From Octopus bimaculoides (lineage: Eukaryota): a stretch of 41,018 nt of DNA. The notes below the pieces were generated by a model, which was not told the DNA's origin, made no database searches, and saw only the letters and a program-made list of their open reading frames with translations. Position 1 is the first letter of the stretch. Each line of letters starts with the position of its first letter. The stretch lies in contig NC_068981.1 in NCBI RefSeq assembly GCF_001194135.2, forward strand, positions 73,719,289-73,760,306. Reading direction: 5' to 3'. Shown in pieces: positions 35,933 to 41,018 of the stretch. Made by a program: the position numbers and the translations under genes.

Positions 35933-36314
35933 TTAATACCATTGTAAGAGTTAAGTCATATGTTGAAAGGAATTAGTCACCTGCTACCGTTTGTTGGTTG
36001 AGCATATCAAGCTCAAAATTGATGGCATGGACCTGTAGCATTACAACTCACAATAAAGTAGTAAACCATTTATTGCCCATCACTCAAGCTATCACAAAAT
36101 TTAAAGAAGGGAATAAATAAGACGGAAATATTTATACATTTACTGAAATGTTGGCAAAAACAAAGGCATGAACTTTTCTAAAATATCTGTCAAAATGTCA
36201 GTCATTTTGATTAGCAATATATTTAACAAACATTTCTAGATGCCTACCGTAGTTTTGAATATTTTTCATCTATGTTAGAGCTAATATTGGATACTAATAA
36301 TTTCGATGTTATTT

Positions 36315-36369
36315 CCTCTCTCTCTCTCTCTTTCTCTCTCCTTCTCTCTCTCTCTCTCTCTTTCTCTCT

Positions 36370-36424
<55 letters not shown>

Positions 36425-36432
36425 TTTCTCTC
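36315..36432. repeat. (CT)n microsatellite
   Basis: Direct reading. Confidence 0.97.
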
Positions 36433-36452
36433 CCCACACATACACTCACACC

Positions 36453-36800
36453 AGGTCGAATAAAGCCGTGTGAGTGGATTTGGTAGACGGAAACTGAAAG
36501 AAGACCGTCGTATATATATGTATATATACACACACACACAGTCATATACATGTATATGTATATATCTGTGTGCGTGTCTTTGTATCTGTGTTTGCTCCCA
36601 CCCCATCACCGTTTGAAAACCGGTTTTGGTGTGTTTACGTCACCGTAAATTAGCGGCTCGGCAAAAAAAGACCGATAGAATAAGTAATAAGTACTAAGCT
36701 TAAAGCATAAGTCTTGGAGTTGATATGTTCGGCGAAAACCCTTCAAGTTGATGCTCCAGTATGGCCGCAGTCAAGTGAGTGGAACAAGTAAAAGAATAAA
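36453..36800 (+). mobile_element. SINE family B, 5'-truncated
   Basis: gtgagtggatttggtagacggaaactgaaagaagaccgtcg...ctccagtatggccgcagtcaa. Confidence 0.88.
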
Positions 36801-37362
36801 ATATATATATCCTTTTGCGCGCGCACGCGCACACACACACACGCACACACACACACACACATACACACATAAACAAACACGCTTTGGAAGCGTCGAATGC
36901 GTTGGTATTTTAGAGACAAGAAAGTATAGCTGTAAAAACAGCGGAGAATACCCAATCCTTTTCTAGTGTTACCACAGTTNNNNNNNNNNNNNNNNNNNNN
37001 NNNNNNNNNNNNNNNNNNNNNNNNNNNNNNNNNNNNNNNNNNNNNNNNNNNNNNNNNNNNNNNNNNNNNNNNNNNNNNNNNNNNNNNNNNNNNNNNNNNN
37101 NNNNNNNNNNNNNNNNNNNNNNNNNNNNNNNNNNNNNNNNNNNNNNNNNNNNNNNNNNNNNNNNNNNNNNNNNNNNNNNNNNNNNNNNNNNNNNNNNNNN
37201 NNNNNNNNNNNNNNNNNNNNNNNNNNNNNNNNNNNNNNNNNNNNNNNNNNNNNNNNNNNNNNNNNNNNNNNNNNNNNNNNNNNNNNNNNNNNNNNNNNNN
37301 NNNNNNNNNNNNNNNNNNNNNNNNNNNNNNNNNNNNNNNNNNNNNNNNNNNNNNNNNNNNNN

Positions 37363-37599
37363 CCGGGCGTTGTGAGTGTTTATTGAGCGAAAACACCTAA
37401 AGCTCCACGAGGCTCCGGCAGGGGATGGTGGCGAACCCTGCTGTACTCTTTCACCACAACTTTCTCCCACTCTTACTTCCTGTTTCTGTTGTGCCTGTAA
37501 TTCAAAGGGTCAACCTTGTCACACTGCGTCACGCTGAATATCCCCGAGAACTACGTTAAGGGTACACGTGTGTGTGGAGTGCTCAGTCACTTGCACGTT
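37363..37599 (+). mobile_element. SINE family C (head lost in gap)
   Basis: Near-identical to 2134-2370. Confidence 0.92.
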
Positions 37600-38016
37600 T
37601 TGTTTCCTAGTTTGTTTCTCAAACATTCACCTGTGTGGATTTGCAATGGCATTCACAGAGAGAACATGTTTCCATGACTGGAAACATGTTGGACTATGTT
37701 GAGTGTTGGAGAAAGACACCTAGTGCTTTCTTGCAATAAATACATCTAGGGCAAACATTTTTCCTGTCCGCTTAGAATATTATTCGTGCCCTCTTAAAAT
37801 ACTTAAAAACTTACTGTTTTTGCTGGTGTGGACTTCAAAAATCTAATATGGAACCCCAATCGAGAGCTGTTATTTATTGAATGATTTTTCTCATTATTAC
37901 TTCGAGAACTACGGCGAAGACTGTGTTTTAGTTAATGGTTTATAATAATGCCTAAACATACAGGAAGTTATTTCCCCTATTCATCAAAATAATTTTTAAA
38001 ATTATCAACATTGAAT

Positions 38017-38325
38017 GAGTTGACCCCAAGACTTATTTTTTAAGCCTAGTACTTATTCTATCAGTTTTTTGCCGGACCGCTAAGTTACGGGGCATAAACA
38101 CACCAATACCGGTTCTCAAACGGTGATGGGAGGACAAACACAAACGCAACACACACACACATATACGACGAGCTTCTTTCAGTTTCCGTCTACCAAATCC
38201 ACTCACAAGCTTTTAGTCGGCCAGAGGCTGTAGTAGAAGACACTTGCCGAAGTTACCACGTAGTGGGATTGAATCCAGAACCGGTTGGGAGGCAATCTTC
38301 TTACCATACAACCACACCCGCGCCT
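38017..38325 (-). mobile_element. SINE family B
   Basis: Reverse complement of the family B head, body and 3' part. Confidence 0.88.
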
Positions 38326-38394
38326 ACATACATAGATATATACATACATACATACATACATACATACATACATACATACATACATACATACATA

Positions 38395-38764
38395 CATGGT
38401 GGTTGTCTACTCCTTACACAGAGTTTGACCACCTCCTGCACCTACACCTTAGCCTTTTCATGGCGTCTGATGTGGCTTTTTAAACCAGACAATGTTTTGA
38501 AAAAAAAAAAACCTACACAGATCGCACCTCTGATTTGTACTACCAATACCTGCAGGTAAGTTCTGCTCATTTTGGATCTTAACATGTCTTTTAAAACCCC
38601 CATTGGATTTGCAAGCCCTCTGGCACACACCGCATTCAAACGTGTGCACAGACATATAATCAGAATAGCTGGTTGAAGTTTGTTTTCCATGGGTTCGCAG
38701 GTGAGATTTGAGGCCAGCCAAAGACAGACATGGTCTGTCACAGACTGTGCACACAAAAAGGTCC
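38395..38764 (-). mobile_element. Severely 5'-truncated RTE copy: C2H2 finger cassette plus 3' UTR only, embedded in (TACA)n
   Basis: Colinear with 3081-3450; CTVCDRPCLSLAGLKSHLRTH, CGVCQRACKSNGGFKRHVKIQ, CDLC...KTLSGLKSHIRRH; (TACA)n on both sides. Confidence 0.88.
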
Positions 38765-39349
38765 TACATACATACATACATACATACATACATACATACA
38801 TACATACATACATACATACTTACGTACGTACGTACGTATGTACGTATAAGATATTTTGCGTTAGGAATTCTACAGAGATGCAGAGATTTGCATGAGGCTG
38901 CACTCTGTAGACTTATCCAGAGTTTTATATATCTTATATACCGCTTTCGTATCGCCGTCCCTCTGTAGCATTAATTTATTTGGTAAATACTCAGAAACGA
39001 ATACAAATGCTTAAACATGCGCATATATTTTTTTTTTCACATCTTTTGTGGTACACTTAATCCGTTCTTTGGAATAATCCCATCACTTAATACTTAGGTG
39101 AATTTAGAGCAGTGTCCTACCATGTAAGAGGAGAGGCCAATTCTCTCGTGTAATGATAATTCGAGTCTCATGATCGCCAATTAACACCCCGACCAGCCGA
39201 CCATCATCACCAGCAACACTAACATTACTATAATCACCATCACCATCATTATCACCACTATCATAATTATCATTGCCACCGTCATCATCGTCATATTTGT
39301 CATCGTTGTCATTATTTATCATTATTAACGTCATTCAAGGAGCAGAAAA

Positions 39350-39530
39350 TATAAAGCAATTGATCAAAGTGATATCCGTTCAACTTCGAGATTCAAATCT
39401 CGACGGGAATCCACTGCTTTTCTTCCTTCTAGATTTGTCAAAACAAATGCCAACGATTTATCTGTAGCTGATCGAATCGACTATGTCTTCCTTCTTTATG
39501 TGACCTTGGACTTTGTACCTATATAATAAA
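39350..39530 (+). mobile_element. Very old SINE family A relic
   Basis: gagattcaaatctcgacggg...gctgatcgaatcgact...ggactttgtacctata follows the family A order of motifs. Confidence 0.55.
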
Positions 39531-40455
39531 TAATGCTATTTGGAGGTGATTTCCCCCTCTTCAATCTGAAGACAGTAACCGCAACGTGAATTGATTAAAT
39601 TATATAGACATTTACTAACTCATCAACTGACTCAAATCTTTTGCCGTTGCCATAGCTACATATTTGGCATTTTCAAATTAAGGAACGCTAAGCGGTTCTT
39701 GATAAGTATTGATGGCGTCTGTCAAACCTAGATTCCTGCCTGCCTACAAATTCTTTAGTTTTCCCGAGAGCTTTGAACTTAGGGTATATTGTTCGGATTT
39801 TGTTTAATTTGTTCTATTCAGTTAAAATGGTAAATTAATGCTCAAGCAACTGTATATATAAAAACAGCCTAACCGTTATGTGCGAATTTTGTGTATATAA
39901 AACATGGGGAAGAGAAATTGGGACAGGGATGGGATAACAGTAGAGAAATTAAAGGGTGGTCTAGTGATCAAATGCAAGAAAAATATTTAATAAAATAAGT
40001 AAAGAAGAAATGGTAAAATTTAAAAAGTTATGAAAAATGATAAGAGATTTTGCAGAGAAATAAGGAGTAAAAATGAATGTCAACACAACGAAAATTTATA
40101 ATTCACTACGAAATGGGATGAGAGAGAGATGGGAGAGGGGGAGAGAGACAGGAAGAGAGAAATGGGCAGACAGATTGACAGACAGATTGACAGACAGACA
40201 GATAGACAGACAGGCAGGGAGCAAAAAGAAAGGAAGGAAGGAAGAGAGAAAGAAGTAAACAAACAAAGGAGTAAGGCAAGTGAATGAATGAAAGGAAAGT
40301 ATAAAATGAAGAAAAGGGAATAAAAGAAGAATGAAACAAAGTTATTGGTAAGCAAACAAAAAAAACGAGAACTGGTTGAAGAAAGGACACGGAGAAAAAT
40401 ATGAAAGAATGAAGTAAAGATTGAAAATGAAAAAAAAAATCAAAAGAGAATGAAA

Positions 40456-40611
40456 AAGGCCCGAAATTTTGGGGGATGGAGCCAGTCGATTAGATCGACC
40501 CAGTACGCAACTGGTACATAATTTAACGACCCCAAGAAGCACAGTCTACCTCGGCGGAATTTGAACTCAGAACATAAAAACTGACTGCAAACACTTCTGC
40601 CAGCTCGTCAT
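40456..40611 (-). mobile_element. SINE family A with internal deletions
   Basis: aaggcccgaaattttgggg...gtcgattagatcgaccccagtacgcaactggtac...gaatttgaactcagaac. Confidence 0.87.
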
Positions 40612-40949
40612 CTTGAAGAAACAAATATATTCATATATAAATGTTTCTAAAAATGTTGAAGCTAAGAGTATAAACGTTTGTGCTTCTGTAGATTATAGCT
40701 AACCTTTGCTAATACCGTTTCAAATTGATAATGTATCAGTACTTAATAAATAGTTCATTGTTTTGTGAACGTGTTGTTGTTGTTGTTGTTGTTGTTGTTA
40801 TTTTAACTTAAACAAGACATCATTGTATTTTCAGCTCTTTTTACTCTGTTCCATATGTCTTATTTATCAGCCTCTGAAATCATTTAATATTAACTTATTT
40901 ATCTGAACATATATTAGCAGCAGCAAGTGAACTTTAGACACACACTCTC

Positions 40950-40968
40950 TCACACACACAAACACACA

Positions 40969-41018
<50 letters not shown>
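40950..41018. repeat. (CA)n microsatellite
   Basis: Direct reading. Confidence 0.98.

Noticed and set aside
37662-37691. Two p53-like RRRCWWGYYY half sites
   Set aside because: 10-nt spacer and one mismatch; explained by the local palindrome; no target gene.
39104-39334. Asp/Gly/Asn-rich ORF resembling a biomineral or disordered protein
   Set aside because: Translation of a degenerate (ATC/ATT) trinucleotide tract.
39334-39525. Open frame ending VADRIDYVFLLYV, reminiscent of Cys-loop receptor TM4
   Set aside because: The nucleotide sequence is a decayed SINE family A copy.

Overview
AT-rich, repeat-saturated eukaryotic genomic DNA from a gapped short-read scaffold (9 N-gaps, about 2.4 kb). 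The SINE and microsatellite landscape resembles what I recall of Octopus (coleoid cephalopod) DNA; that assignment is from memory, not a database search. I recognise no intact protein-coding gene, tRNA, rRNA or CRISPR array. Nearly all supplied ORFs are microsatellite, gap or transposon-relic translations. Supported content: (i) more than 25 copies of several tRNA-derived SINE families (my working labels A-E), several with clean target-site duplications; (ii) decayed LINE fragments (four RTE-clade, one CR1/L2-like, one weak Penelope-like GIY-YIG relic); (iii) a near full-length D,D34D mariner pseudogene, a mariner-type MITE and a probable hAT end; (iv) many microsatellites. Most interesting: three sequence-unrelated fold-back (inverted-repeat) loci each carry a hammerhead-ribozyme-like core (CUGANGA...GAAA); two have a palindromic stem III and one lies beside the GIY-YIG relic, suggesting a Penelope/retrozyme-like fold-back system. 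Also notable: an RTE LINE ending in three tandem C2H2 zinc fingers (two copies), a SINE dimer flanked by one TSD, 2x2 shuffling of SINE modules, and a triplicated, decayed coding segment of unknown identity at 33-36 kb.
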